This document shows positions 27,642-39,486 of a DNA stretch of 50,287 bases, in pieces (within the stretch, counting starts at the first letter, position 1; the number at the start of each line of letters is the position of its first letter). The stretch lies in the NCBI GenBank assembly GCA_964548815.1, contig CAZJSD010000003.1:11222-61508 (forward strand), given 5' to 3'. This DNA is from an uncultured Muribaculaceae bacterium (GTDB taxonomy: Bacteria > Bacillota_I > Bacilli_A > RF39 > UBA660). A model generated the notes under the pieces. The model ran no database searches and was not told the origin of the DNA. It saw only the letters and a program-made list of their open reading frames with translations. The position numbers and the translations under genes were made by a program.

Positions 27642-30600
27642 ATGTCTACACAAAAGAATAAAAAATATTTAACATTAATAGGAATAGTCTTATTAGTATT
27701 AGGTTTAATAGGCCTATTTGCCTATGGAAGTATTGATAAGTATAAGGGATTAATCAAAGTTAAAAGTGTTTTAAGTGATACGTCTATATTAAGCGCATCA
27801 ATATCTAATTCAACCACTAATACTAATACTAGTATGGGATCTGATGAAATAGATTATGATATTACTTATTTTTTAGATAGTGTAGATGGTGTAGAAACTA
27901 GAGATGTTATTATAAAAGGAACGTTAACAGATGATGAAAATAGATATGCTAGATTTAAAAGAATAACAGGTAGTAATATAACATCTAATCTTCTTGATAA
28001 TGGTAAAGAAATAGAGATAGAAATAAAAGATGTACGTTTAGGTGTAGATAATAATATTAAACTAAAATTAGTAATAACTAATGCCCCAAATGAATTTAAG
28101 GTAAGACCAAATATTACAATTAGAGAGAAGACTAGTGAAGAAGAAACAAGAATTAATATAGAGGAAGTAGAAGTAAACACTAGAACAATATCTGGTCAAG
28201 TAACTGATGAAGATAATTTGCCTATTTCAAGTATTGAATTAAGCTTAAATAAAGATGGTGAAGAAATAAGAAGGACATATACTGATGAAGAAGGTAATTA
28301 TAATTTTAGTGATATAGATAATGGCTTATATGAAATAAAAGTAGAAGAAGAAATATATGAATTAGACGGAAATAATAAGATAGATGGTGAAGGAATACTA
28401 AATATCAAAGTTAAAGAAGTTAGTCCATATGAATTAGAAACTCATAAATATATTACTAATTTAGATTTAGTAGTAAATGGAGAAAATCATTCTTATACAT
28501 ATGATGACTTAGAAACAGTTATTGAAGTAGTTAAAAACGCTAAAACTATTAGTGGTGAGATTTCTTACAAAATAACTATAAAGAATACAGGAGAAAAGAC
28601 TGGCAAGTTGTCATTACTTAAGGATAAATTAGATGAAGGTTTAAACTTTGATGAGAATAAAAACTCAGGTTGGAAATTAGAAGACGGTAATCTATATTAT
28701 GAACCAATTGAAAATGTAAGTATATCTGGTGGAGAAACAAGAGAAGTATTCTTAAAACTAGATATTAAAAATACTAATGAAATTAAAACATATATAAATG
28801 AAATTAATGTATATGGAGACACTTATGAAAAAGTAGTATATATATTAAATGGGCAAAAATATAAAGAAGAAAATGTAATCTTTGGTGAAAAGATAACAGA
28901 ACCAGAGATAAGTGATGAAGGATTTAGTGGTTGGTATACTGATAGAAACTATACTAATAAATATAATTTCAATAAAGAAGTTACAAAAGATTTGATTCTA
29001 TATGGAAAAATTGAAAAACAAGAAAATAAATATACAGTATTATTTATGGATGATGATACTTTATATGAAAGACAAGAAGTAAATGAAAATGAGAAAGCAA
29101 CTATTCCTAGTACTAACCCAACTAAGAGTCATAACATCTTTAAGAATTGGTTATTAGATGATGAAGTATATGATTTTAATACTCCAGTAACAAGAGATAT
29201 TATTCTATATAGTTCGTATGAAGAAGTAGAGAAACCTGCTGTTTCACATACTCCAACAGAATGGACTAATCAAAATGTATTAGTTACTATAACTAATAGA
29301 GGTACTGAAGGTAAAGATTATACAGGATATTCATATAAATATAGAGTAAATGATGGTAGTTTTAAAAATTATACGGGCCCTTTTGAAATAGAAGAAAACT
29401 GTGATATATATGCGATTGCGGTTAAACAAAATGTTGATTCAGAAGAAACAAAACATGAAATAACTAATATAGATAAAATTAAACCAAGAATAGAAGAATT
29501 AGATAGTGTTTCTTCTACTAAAACTACCGCAACTATAGAAATATCTTCTTATGATAATGAATCTGGATTAGATTTAATAAGTATTTATAATGGAGATACT
29601 TTACTTGATACTATTTTAATTGAGAATAAAGATACTTCTATGAAAACTGTTCAATATACAGTAACTGATTTAGAACCAGGTACTACTTATGAAATAGGTG
29701 TTACATCAAAAGATGTTGCGGGTAATATTAGTGATAAATCTTATATAGAGGTAACAACTGAGGAAGAAGAAAGAATAGTCGCACAAATAACTCATGTCAA
29801 TAATACAGAATTATCTGAATATATACCATTAAGTACTTTAAGAAAAGGTATTGAATATAATCAAGATGGTATAAACTGTATTACTTCTCAATGTACTATT
29901 CAAATGCTTGAAAGTGTTACTGAAAGCAATGAAGTACTTGAAGGACAAGATATAACATTAGATTTAAATGGTAAAACAGTTAATGGTTTAATAAACTACA
30001 CAATTAATAATAATGGTTTATTTACTTTAATAGATACTGCTTCTGAACCAGGAGTATTATCAAATAATATATCTACTTCAATTATTAATAATGGTACTTT
30101 AACAATGGGTATTAATGATGAAAGACTTCAAGTATCTATTACTCATCCATCAGTTTATGGTGTTGAAAATGGTGTATATAATGAAGGAACATTTAATTTC
30201 TATGATGGAGTAATAGTAGGTACAAGAGCTATTTTAGGTATTGTAGATAATACACCTGATTTATATGGTGCGGATGTAAGAGTTAAGATTATTGATGAAG
30301 TAGAGATGCAAGAAGCAACATTAAAAAGATTAACAGATCCAGAAGCAAGAATAGGAAGAGTTTATTATACAAAGTTAGTAGATGCTTTTGCGGCAGCTAA
30401 GAATGGTACATATGAAGATATTTATGTAGATGATGAATCATTTATGGAAGAAGATCCTGATCATGAATATACATTTGTAAAAGATGAAACAACAGGTTAT
30501 TTAGTATCAAATAATAATATTGAAAATACTACCGCTACTAAAGAGATGATTATAGATTTATCAGGATACTCTGAAGATCAAAATCTTAAGATAGATGCAT

Positions 30601-33600
30601 TGATAGAAAGTAATAATGTAGATTCATGGGGATACATAAGTGAAACTGCTAGAATTAATGTATTAAGTTATGATGATAATCTTTGGTATACTGGTGATTC
30701 ATTTAATTACGCAGGAGAAGAATCTAAAACACTTATACTAAAAAAAGGTATTAAATCAAAAATAGAAATAGAATTTATTACTTCTAATGAACAAGACGAA
30801 GGATTAGATACTGATAGTAAGTTTACTATTAAAGATATTTATATAGAACCAAATAGATATGAATATATAACTACTCCTACAGAAGATACTTCTTCTAAAT
30901 TATATGGCTTTGATTATGATGAAAATACTAAATCATATAAATCAAATAATAGTTATACAGTTGGTACTACTGCTTTCTCATATTATGAAGTAGATTTAAC
31001 TAACAAAGAAGGTAATTATTTATTAACATTAAATGCATTATTAGATACATATGAATATTATAATAGAGGATATATAGTAGTAAAAGAAGACAATAGTATA
31101 GCTAAATCAGCTTCTGAAATAAGTAGTTATTTAGGATTAATACAGTCTGGTAATTCAGGGCAAAGAGCATTAATAGGTCCATATAACTATAGTCAAGAAT
31201 TAACTGGTGGAAAAAAATACTATGTACAATTCTATTACTTTAAAAATGACAATTCTTCATATAGTAGAGAAACAATAGAAGCATCAGGATGTATGGATCA
31301 GTTTACTATTAAGTCTCTAAATGTAGTTAAAACATCTACTGAAACAACAATAGATTTAAGTACAAAATTAAATACTATTAGTAATGGATTTACAATGCAC
31401 TATGATAGTACTGGTTTATATAATTATAATGTTTCATATAGTAATCCAGCTGATTCATTTGTAGAAATAGATTTAACTAATTCTTCTAATGATGAATTAG
31501 TAACAATAAATGATAGATTAAATAATTCTAGTATAAATCATTATTTCTATCTAACTAATAATGGTAATAATTTAGATTTTAATTCTATTAATAATGATAG
31601 ATCAGTGCCTCTATTTTTAGTAGGTGGTGGTTATGATTATTATATTAATGGACAATATACTTTTTATAATAATTTAGATTATAGCTTTGTACTAAAGAAG
31701 GGTTATAAATACTATCTACATGTCGCAAGTATATATAATAATCCATCTAGTCCAACATCAACAGCTAATAGCCAAGTATTATATAGTATTAAGAGAAAAG
31801 TAATTGATTCAACTTTATATGATATTGGTGAATATAAGATTAATAATGTAGATCCAATAAGTACAAGTGATTCATTAATTCAAGATAATACTGATGATAA
31901 GAACTATAGATTTGTTGGCGCATCTGCGAATAACTATATATATTTTAATGATGAATTATGGAGAATAGTAGGTATATTTGAAACAGAAAATCAAAATGGA
32001 AATAAAGCTAAAAGATTAAAAATAATGAAGAATGATATCATAAGTTATTATTCTTATGACACTACATCTAATAGTATTAATAATGGTTACGGAATAAATG
32101 AATGGTCTGAGGCGGACGCCATGAAACTTCTAAACCCAGGTTATGAACAAGAAGAAGTTAATAATTCATTATTCTGGAATAGAGCTAGTGGTAACTGTTA
32201 TTCTAGTAGTAATAATTATAATTATAGTTGTGATTTTAGTTCTTCAGGAATAAAAGATAATTATAAGAATTATATTGATACAGTAAAATGGCATACATCA
32301 GCGATTAACGCTAGTGCAATAACAGGAAATAATTATACTCTTAAAGATTTATATGAAGATGAAAGAGGTAATGATACTGCTAAAGCTCATGTTGATGCTA
32401 GCCTTCATTTTGATGATTCTACTATAGATACTGTAACTAGAAATACAAGTTGGTATGGTAAAGTTGGTCTTCCATATTTATCAGATATATATTATACATC
32501 TACAGGAACAAATGATGAGATGACTGAAGCATGTATGTCTTCTTTAAATAATATACTTACGTGTATTAATAATAACAGCTGGTTCCATACTAGATATAAT
32601 CCTTTAAGTTCATCTAATTATTATGTTATTAATCCATCTTATTTAACTGATAATGGTTTAAATAACTTATCATATGGATTATGTTACTACTACTATAGAC
32701 CAGCCTATCCTAATATAGGTGCATTCTCAGGTGCTATGGTGCCAACAGTTTATCTAAGTACTAAAACTAAAATAGATTCAGGTACTGGTACATCTGGAGA
32801 TCCATTTATGATTAGTTTAGGTTCCACTGATAATACTTCTCCAACATATGGTTTAGTAGATGATGGCTCTGATAGTGGAGAAACTGTTATAGTAGGATCA
32901 AATACAGATGATTATACTAATATTAGTAATATTGATATAGATACATTTAGTTTTGATGAAGAATCAGGATATTACGTAAGTAATAATGCTGGAAAACCTG
33001 GTTCAGTTGCGATAAAAACATTAGAATTAGATTTAACTAATAGTACAAAAGATAGAATTCTTAGCTATGAATTTATTATTTCATCTAGTTATTCTTCTTT
33101 TGCTCACTTATTCATAACGAAGAATAATCCACCAATAGTATACTTGAATAAAGGAACATTTAATTATGATTATAATGATTATGTAAGTACATATACTAAT
33201 GCATCAGGTAACTTTAGTAATAGTAGTGAAGTAACATTAGAAAAAGGTTATAAGTACTATATAAGTTTATATTACTTTAAATTTGATTCTGATGCCCCAA
33301 GTGAACTCGTAACAGATACATTTAAAGTTAAACTTGGTTCATCAGTAGATACATCTTCCGAGAAATCATCTACTTATAGAGCGTATAAAGGACAAAGTAT
33401 AATATATAATGATGAAGTAGATACAATAGAAGTTCTTAAAGATATTACTTTAGAAGATACTATAGATATAGAAGAAACAAAGGATGTTATATTAGATTTA
33501 AGTGGATATAATATTGTTAGTCCAACAGAATCAACTATTTTCAATAATAGTGGTGAAATGAAAGTAATTGATAATTCACCTGATAAAACTGGTGTCATAA

Positions 33601-36600
33601 ATAAATCAATAACTAATAATGAAAAAGGAACATTTATATTAGATAGTGGTTCTATCGATACAAATCTTCCAATTATTAATAAAGGTAACTTAGTTATTAA
33701 TGGATTAGTAAATAGTACTTTACTTTCTTCTGGTATAGAAACAAGCGCTATATCTAATGAAGGTGGAATTAGTGGTACAGGTTCATTAATATCTACCGCA
33801 AATTGTGGTATTGATAATAGAGGAACATTTGTCACAGGAATTAGTATTGATTCTAATGATTACACTGGAATATGTAATAACAAAGAATCTACAATTAGTA
33901 ATGTTACATTTACTGGAACTAAGGCAATTACTTCAAATGCTAAGTTAAGTGTATCATATTCTAATGCATCAAATAGTATTATTGAAATAAATAGTAATAC
34001 CACTATGGATGATGTTTCATTTGATACATTAAAAGCAAATAGTGGAGATATTGTAATAAATAATTCTAGAGGTACAGTTAATAATGAATCTACTAGTTCA
34101 GTAGTTATAAGCAATTCAAATATTAGTGTTAATAATGCAAAGAATACTGATGCTGGTGGTCATCATAAAAATACTAATTTAACTATTAATAATAGTAATA
34201 TAGACAATTTAGTTAGTTATAGTAATGCATCAATTAGTGGTGGAACAGCTTGTAATATTACTAACTATAATAACTTAACAATAAAAGGAAATTTTGAATC
34301 CAACGAAGAGTGTAAAAATGCATTTGTTAATAATGGTACTATTACACTTGGTGAAAAAGATGGACTAGCTGATTCAGAATATCCTAAGTTAATAGGTACA
34401 GAAAGTGCTTTAACTGGAAGAGGTACTATTAACTTCTATGATGGTTCAATTACTGGTCAAAAGAATTTAGTATTAGATAATTCAATTAATGAAATAGAAG
34501 ATAATTATTCATTAATTTCTACAGTTAATGGAGAAACTGAAGTTCTTAATTTAAGTAATAATGACTATGTCGCATCTATTAATGGAACTCAATATAAATC
34601 AATAGAAGAAGCAGTTAGTCATGTCACATCATCTAATGATGAAATTCTATTATTAAAAGATATACTTGTAGGTAATGAAATAGATATAAATAGTGAATAT
34701 ACTATTAATATTAATCTTAATGGACATAATTTAAAATCATATCTAACTACATCTATATTTGATGTAGATACTACTTTAAATGTATATGATAATAATGGTA
34801 CTTCAGAAATAGATTTATCATCTGGAAACTTAGTAAGTAATAGAGGTACAACTACTGTTAGAAATTTAAATATAGTTAGTGAATCTTCTATAGTAGATAA
34901 CAATAATATATTAAATATTAATAATTGTAATATTACTTTAATTAATACAGGTTCTATTTTTAATAATGGTACATTAAATACTAATGGAAATACTATATCT
35001 TATGCATCAACAAATGATAGTTATAAGTCTATTTATACTAATAATGAAAATGCAGTATTAAATATTCAAAATGAAAATGTTATTGTTTCTTCTGGTGATA
35101 TTATATATATTATTGATGAAGGAGTAACAACAGTAACAAGGTCAACAGGTAGTAATATAGACTTATATAGTGGTCCAAATGGTACATTTAATAACTCTAA
35201 ATTTACTAATATCTTAGGTAACCATGGTACAGGTAATTTAGTTATTAGTGGAGGAGAATACACTGTTAAGAATAATAAGTATTTAGAATCAACTAATATA
35301 ACACTTAATGATACTAGTATTACTGGAAGAGTAGAAGCAAGTACTATAACTATTAATAATTCAACTATTACATCAACAGGTATAGCGTTAAAAGGTTCTA
35401 ATATAAATATTAATAGCGGTAAAATATCTTCATCTGATTCATTAATTGAAGCATTCGGAGATACTGTTATTAATATAGGTAATAGTAGTGATGAAACAGT
35501 ATCAACAACAACTCCAGAATTAAATGCGGACAATTATATTGTGGTAGTTGATAATAATTCATTAGAATTAAACTTCTATGATGGAAAAATTACTAATAAA
35601 AAGGATAGTTTAATTACTGGTAGAAATGATACATTTACTAATATCATGGATGGATATAATGTTAATTATGTTGATAATGGTAATAATACTGAGACTAGAA
35701 CTCTATTAAAAGAAGATAGAATTATAAATACAAGAACTAATGAAAAATATGTATTCTTAAAAGATGCGATTAATGAAGCAAGTAATAATGATACATTAAA
35801 GCTAATTAAGAATATAGATGGTACAAGAGCAGAAGGAACTATAGTAGTTCCAAGTGGTAAAACCATAACATTAAATCTAGATGGATATACTATTAATAAG
35901 AATAATGATGGAGTATTATTTAATAATAAAGGTACTTTAAATATAGAAGGCGATAATGACCTTAATAGTAAACTAATAAATAATACTGATACATATTTTA
36001 TTGATAATGAAAGTACTTTATCAATAGATAAGATTACTATGAGTACTAATATTCATCCATCTAATATAATTAATAATTCTGGTATTTTAACTATAGATAG
36101 CGCAAAAGTTGATTTATTTATCAATAGTACAGAATATACTAATATTATTAATAACATAGGTACATTAACTATTAACGATATAGAAATATTATCTAAATCT
36201 GAACAAGAAAAATTTGGTAAGATTATTAATACTGGTTCTATGATAGTTAATGGTGGAGAATTTAATTATGGTATGGTTGATTCTTCAGGAACATTAAATA
36301 TACATGGTGGAAAAGGATCTAACGTTAATATTTCAGGTAGTACAAGAATAGATAACAATGTAAGTATGCCTGAATTAACTGTTAAATCAACTAGCGAATC
36401 ATTGATTATAGATAACATGAAAGGTATATTAGAATTAAATGACTCTTCACTAACTAGTATTAACTCAATAACAGACGCAATTATTGAAGCTAATGATAAT
36501 TCTTCTTTAACAATTACTAATGGTACTATTAATAAAATTAATATGAATGATGCATCAGAAGTATCTATATTTGGAGGAACAACTAAAGAAATATATTCAT

Positions 36601-39098
36601 ATACGACAGGTATGATTAAAGTATTAGGTGGAACAGTTCAAAATGATACTATGAGTTCACTTAACCTATCAGGTGCGGCAATAGTATGTAATAATAGTTG
36701 TGATATTGTATTAGGAACAAATGATTCTACTTATCATAGAGATAATCCAACTATTGAAGGTGTTCAATATGGTATTTATGGTAATTCTAGAATAAAATTC
36801 TATGATGGCTCTATAATCGCAAGTGGTAATCAGTATGTTTCTTATGAAGCTGCTATTAATGGTAGTATTACAGATTGTTCTGATGGTTATGAAATTATAA
36901 CTGATAGATCTAATAATAAAGAGACTCTATATTTATCTGGAGATCCAGCGGTTAAGAATTTAACAACTAATCATGATTATGTAAGTTTAGCAACTGCAAT
37001 TGGTGAAGCTAATAATAATGATGAATTAAAACTATTAAGAGATATTACTATATTAGAAAGTGCTAGTGCAATTACTAATTCTAAGAATATAACTCTTAAC
37101 TTAGATTCATATTCAATAACAACAAGTAATCAATTATTAATAAATAATACAGGTTCTTTAAATATAACAGGATCTACTGATTCAACAATTACATCTAATA
37201 ATCAAACTAGTGGTACTATAATAAATAATAGTGGAACATTAAATATATCTTCTATTAATATGACTACTAATAATGATAATATGATTATTAATACAGGTAC
37301 AATGAAGATTAATTCAGGTACATATTATTCTTATCATAATAAACTTATAGATAATAGTGGTTCATTAACAATAGATAATGGTACATTTAATAAGTTAAAA
37401 TATGCATATACAGTAACCGCAACCGCAGATTTATACTTTATTAATAATAATAATGGAGGAACCATAACAATAAATGATGGCTCATTTAAGATAGATAGTT
37501 CTACTCATACTAGTTCATCTAATAATTTTAAAGAAACAATTATTTATAATGATGGAACATTAAATATAGCAGGTGGAAGATTTGAAAACAAGGAATACTA
37601 TAGACCAAATAATAGTTTATTATATTTAGTTTATAGTAATAAAGGAGTTAATATAACAGGAGGAACATTTACTGGTAACGCTAATGGATTATATCTAGTA
37701 GGTGATTCAACTATTAGTGGTATTACAAATAATGTTAGAAATAATCATAGTAATGGAACATTAACAATACTAAATTCTACATTTAATAATAGTATGGATT
37801 TAATTGTTGATAAAGTAAACATTAGTAATTCTGATTATAAATTCCTTAAAGCTACAACTGCGACATTATATAATTGTACTGGAGGTACAACATACGCAGA
37901 TAATCTAGATATAAATACAGGTATTTATAATAAGATAACATCTACTACTGAAGGTATAATACATGGTACAACAACAATAAATGATACTATTACAAATAAT
38001 GGTACATTAGAAATTAAAGATACTTCTACTATAACTACTAGTGGTAATGGAATTAATAATGCTTATAATGCATCATTAGTTATAAAAGATAATGTTACAA
38101 TTACTAGTGGTGATACAGGGGTTTATAGTGGAACAGTAACACTAGGTAAGCAAGATGGAACAGTAAGTACTACTTATCCAAGTATTACTGGTAGTAGTGT
38201 AGGTATCCTTTCATCAACATTAAATTTCTATGATGGTGTAGTAAAAGGTGCTCAATCAATTACTTCAAGTAATATTAATCCTGAAACAAATTATGTAGTA
38301 GATACAATTGTTCAAGATAATGTTCAAACATCTATCTTAGTAAGATCAGGAGAAGTAACAAGAGTTGTTACTATGAATAATATTAATTATGAATCAATAC
38401 AAGATGCTATTAATAGTATTCCAGAAAATGGTACTGGTGATTTAATACTTCAAGTAAATTATACATTACCAGATAATATAGTTGTTCCAACAGGAAAGAC
38501 TGCTAATTTATACTTAAATGGATTTACATTTGATAAAGGTACTTATACTATATCTGGAACATTTAATATAATAGATGGTAGTTTAAATGGCGTAGGAGGA
38601 GCTATATATAGATTCTTAGCGTCTATAACTGGTTCTGAGATTAATCCAAGAAATATAATCATATATCAAATGGAAGATGGTAGTGAATTACTTCCAGAAG
38701 TAACTTATAAATTATATAAGTTTATAGATGGAAGCTTTAAAATAGTAAAAGTAAATGAAAATGAAATAGGTAATTATGATATTAAAAATAATTCTACCGA
38801 TATAAGAACAGCATCGGGAGAAGTAATTATAAATCAAATAGGTGAAGGTATTTATAAATTAGTTGGTTCTGATGGAAAAGAATTAGAATTTGAGATTTAT
38901 GAAAATGGTGTAAGTAATAATATTAGAGTAGAAAGATATAGCGGAAGAGGAGTAGTTACTTCTAGCGCTGTTGCTAAACTAATATTACAATTACAAACTG
39001 GTATTATTAGATCTTCATATATATTAATTATACTTTTACTAATCATACTATCTTTAGGATATATTGTTTTAAGAAAGAAAAAAGAATCAAGCGAATAA
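27642..39098 (+). CDS. Giant (3818 aa) multidomain surface adhesin-like protein
   Basis: N-terminal TM, carboxypeptidase-regulatory-like Ig, DUF11-like domain, two InlB B-repeat-like units (FSGWYTD..YNF...VTKD..LY), FN3 (LEPGTTYEI), five beta-helical FYDG modules, C-terminal LQTG-TM-KKK anchor. Confidence 0.85.
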   Translation: MSTQKNKKYLTLIGIVLLVLGLIGLFAYGSIDKYKGLIKVKSVLSDTSILSASISNSTTNTNTSMGSDEIDYDITYFLDSVDGVETRDVIIKGTLTDDENRYARFKRITGSNITSNLLDNGKEIEIEIKDVRLGVDNNIKLKLVITNAPNEFKVRPNITIREKTSEEETRINIEEVEVNTRTISGQVTDEDNLPISSIELSLNKDGEEIRRTYTDEEGNYNFSDIDNGLYEIKVEEEIYELDGNNKIDGEGILNIKVKEVSPYELETHKYITNLDLVVNGENHSYTYDDLETVIEVVKNAKTISGEISYKITIKNTGEKTGKLSLLKDKLDEGLNFDENKNSGWKLEDGNLYYEPIENVSISGGETREVFLKLDIKNTNEIKTYINEINVYGDTYEKVVYILNGQKYKEENVIFGEKITEPEISDEGFSGWYTDRNYTNKYNFNKEVTKDLILYGKIEKQENKYTVLFMDDDTLYERQEVNENEKATIPSTNPTKSHNIFKNWLLDDEVYDFNTPVTRDIILYSSYEEVEKPAVSHTPTEWTNQNVLVTITNRGTEGKDYTGYSYKYRVNDGSFKNYTGPFEIEENCDIYAIAVKQNVDSEETKHEITNIDKIKPRIEELDSVSSTKTTATIEISSYDNESGLDLISIYNGDTLLDTILIENKDTSMKTVQYTVTDLEPGTTYEIGVTSKDVAGNISDKSYIEVTTEEEERIVAQITHVNNTELSEYIPLSTLRKGIEYNQDGINCITSQCTIQMLESVTESNEVLEGQDITLDLNGKTVNGLINYTINNNGLFTLIDTASEPGVLSNNISTSIINNGTLTMGINDERLQVSITHPSVYGVENGVYNEGTFNFYDGVIVGTRAILGIVDNTPDLYGADVRVKIIDEVEMQEATLKRLTDPEARIGRVYYTKLVDAFAAAKNGTYEDIYVDDESFMEEDPDHEYTFVKDETTGYLVSNNNIENTTATKEMIIDLSGYSEDQNLKIDALIESNNVDSWGYISETARINVLSYDDNLWYTGDSFNYAGEESKTLILKKGIKSKIEIEFITSNEQDEGLDTDSKFTIKDIYIEPNRYEYITTPTEDTSSKLYGFDYDENTKSYKSNNSYTVGTTAFSYYEVDLTNKEGNYLLTLNALLDTYEYYNRGYIVVKEDNSIAKSASEISSYLGLIQSGNSGQRALIGPYNYSQELTGGKKYYVQFYYFKNDNSSYSRETIEASGCMDQFTIKSLNVVKTSTETTIDLSTKLNTISNGFTMHYDSTGLYNYNVSYSNPADSFVEIDLTNSSNDELVTINDRLNNSSINHYFYLTNNGNNLDFNSINNDRSVPLFLVGGGYDYYINGQYTFYNNLDYSFVLKKGYKYYLHVASIYNNPSSPTSTANSQVLYSIKRKVIDSTLYDIGEYKINNVDPISTSDSLIQDNTDDKNYRFVGASANNYIYFNDELWRIVGIFETENQNGNKAKRLKIMKNDIISYYSYDTTSNSINNGYGINEWSEADAMKLLNPGYEQEEVNNSLFWNRASGNCYSSSNNYNYSCDFSSSGIKDNYKNYIDTVKWHTSAINASAITGNNYTLKDLYEDERGNDTAKAHVDASLHFDDSTIDTVTRNTSWYGKVGLPYLSDIYYTSTGTNDEMTEACMSSLNNILTCINNNSWFHTRYNPLSSSNYYVINPSYLTDNGLNNLSYGLCYYYYRPAYPNIGAFSGAMVPTVYLSTKTKIDSGTGTSGDPFMISLGSTDNTSPTYGLVDDGSDSGETVIVGSNTDDYTNISNIDIDTFSFDEESGYYVSNNAGKPGSVAIKTLELDLTNSTKDRILSYEFIISSSYSSFAHLFITKNNPPIVYLNKGTFNYDYNDYVSTYTNASGNFSNSSEVTLEKGYKYYISLYYFKFDSDAPSELVTDTFKVKLGSSVDTSSEKSSTYRAYKGQSIIYNDEVDTIEVLKDITLEDTIDIEETKDVILDLSGYNIVSPTESTIFNNSGEMKVIDNSPDKTGVINKSITNNEKGTFILDSGSIDTNLPIINKGNLVINGLVNSTLLSSGIETSAISNEGGISGTGSLISTANCGIDNRGTFVTGISIDSNDYTGICNNKESTISNVTFTGTKAITSNAKLSVSYSNASNSIIEINSNTTMDDVSFDTLKANSGDIVINNSRGTVNNESTSSVVISNSNISVNNAKNTDAGGHHKNTNLTINNSNIDNLVSYSNASISGGTACNITNYNNLTIKGNFESNEECKNAFVNNGTITLGEKDGLADSEYPKLIGTESALTGRGTINFYDGSITGQKNLVLDNSINEIEDNYSLISTVNGETEVLNLSNNDYVASINGTQYKSIEEAVSHVTSSNDEILLLKDILVGNEIDINSEYTININLNGHNLKSYLTTSIFDVDTTLNVYDNNGTSEIDLSSGNLVSNRGTTTVRNLNIVSESSIVDNNNILNINNCNITLINTGSIFNNGTLNTNGNTISYASTNDSYKSIYTNNENAVLNIQNENVIVSSGDIIYIIDEGVTTVTRSTGSNIDLYSGPNGTFNNSKFTNILGNHGTGNLVISGGEYTVKNNKYLESTNITLNDTSITGRVEASTITINNSTITSTGIALKGSNININSGKISSSDSLIEAFGDTVINIGNSSDETVSTTTPELNADNYIVVVDNNSLELNFYDGKITNKKDSLITGRNDTFTNIMDGYNVNYVDNGNNTETRTLLKEDRIINTRTNEKYVFLKDAINEASNNDTLKLIKNIDGTRAEGTIVVPSGKTITLNLDGYTINKNNDGVLFNNKGTLNIEGDNDLNSKLINNTDTYFIDNESTLSIDKITMSTNIHPSNIINNSGILTIDSAKVDLFINSTEYTNIINNIGTLTINDIEILSKSEQEKFGKIINTGSMIVNGGEFNYGMVDSSGTLNIHGGKGSNVNISGSTRIDNNVSMPELTVKSTSESLIIDNMKGILELNDSSLTSINSITDAIIEANDNSSLTITNGTINKINMNDASEVSIFGGTTKEIYSYTTGMIKVLGGTVQNDTMSSLNLSGAAIVCNNSCDIVLGTNDSTYHRDNPTIEGVQYGIYGNSRIKFYDGSIIASGNQYVSYEAAINGSITDCSDGYEIITDRSNNKETLYLSGDPAVKNLTTNHDYVSLATAIGEANNNDELKLLRDITILESASAITNSKNITLNLDSYSITTSNQLLINNTGSLNITGSTDSTITSNNQTSGTIINNSGTLNISSINMTTNNDNMIINTGTMKINSGTYYSYHNKLIDNSGSLTIDNGTFNKLKYAYTVTATADLYFINNNNGGTITINDGSFKIDSSTHTSSSNNFKETIIYNDGTLNIAGGRFENKEYYRPNNSLLYLVYSNKGVNITGGTFTGNANGLYLVGDSTISGITNNVRNNHSNGTLTILNSTFNNSMDLIVDKVNISNSDYKFLKATTATLYNCTGGTTYADNLDINTGIYNKITSTTEGIIHGTTTINDTITNNGTLEIKDTSTITTSGNGINNAYNASLVIKDNVTITSGDTGVYSGTVTLGKQDGTVSTTYPSITGSSVGILSSTLNFYDGVVKGAQSITSSNINPETNYVVDTIVQDNVQTSILVRSGEVTRVVTMNNINYESIQDAINSIPENGTGDLILQVNYTLPDNIVVPTGKTANLYLNGFTFDKGTYTISGTFNIIDGSLNGVGGAIYRFLASITGSEINPRNIIIYQMEDGSELLPEVTYKLYKFIDGSFKIVKVNENEIGNYDIKNNSTDIRTASGEVIINQIGEGIYKLVGSDGKELEFEIYENGVSNNIRVERYSGRGVVTSSAVAKLILQLQTGIIRSSYILIILLLIILSLGYIVLRKKKESSE

Positions 39099-39117
39099 TA
39101 TCGCTTGTTTTCTTTTT
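39078..39117 (+). terminator. Intrinsic terminator
   Basis: caagcga-ataata-tcgcttg followed by a T-rich tract. Confidence 0.65.
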
Positions 39118-39152
39118 AGGTACTTTTTAAATTATTATTCATAATATATAGT

Positions 39153-39413
39153 ATGGAAGTGAATATAAATGATTTAAAACCATCTTATAATATTATTGAT
39201 ATAAGAGATAAATATTCCTATGATAAAAAACATATCTATAACTCTACCAATATTCCAGTAACTGATTTATTAAATAATCCTAGTAAATATATAAATAAAA
39301 ATGATACATATTATATATACTGCGCAAAAGGTATAAGTAGTAAAAAAACATGTGAATTATTAAGTGTTTTAGGATATAAAGTAGTTAATGTTAAAGGTGG
39401 TATTGGAGAATAA
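39153..39413 (+). CDS. Rhodanese-like domain protein
   Basis: IIDIR....Y...HI....NIP, YC..G..S and V.N..GG motifs. Confidence 0.88.
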   Translation: MEVNINDLKPSYNIIDIRDKYSYDKKHIYNSTNIPVTDLLNNPSKYINKNDTYYIYCAKGISSKKTCELLSVLGYKVVNVKGGIGE

Positions 39414-39486
39414 ATAAGTTATTTTATAATAACTTATTTTATTTTGTTTCTAAAAATAGTATAATATAAAATAGGAGGAGTAATAG

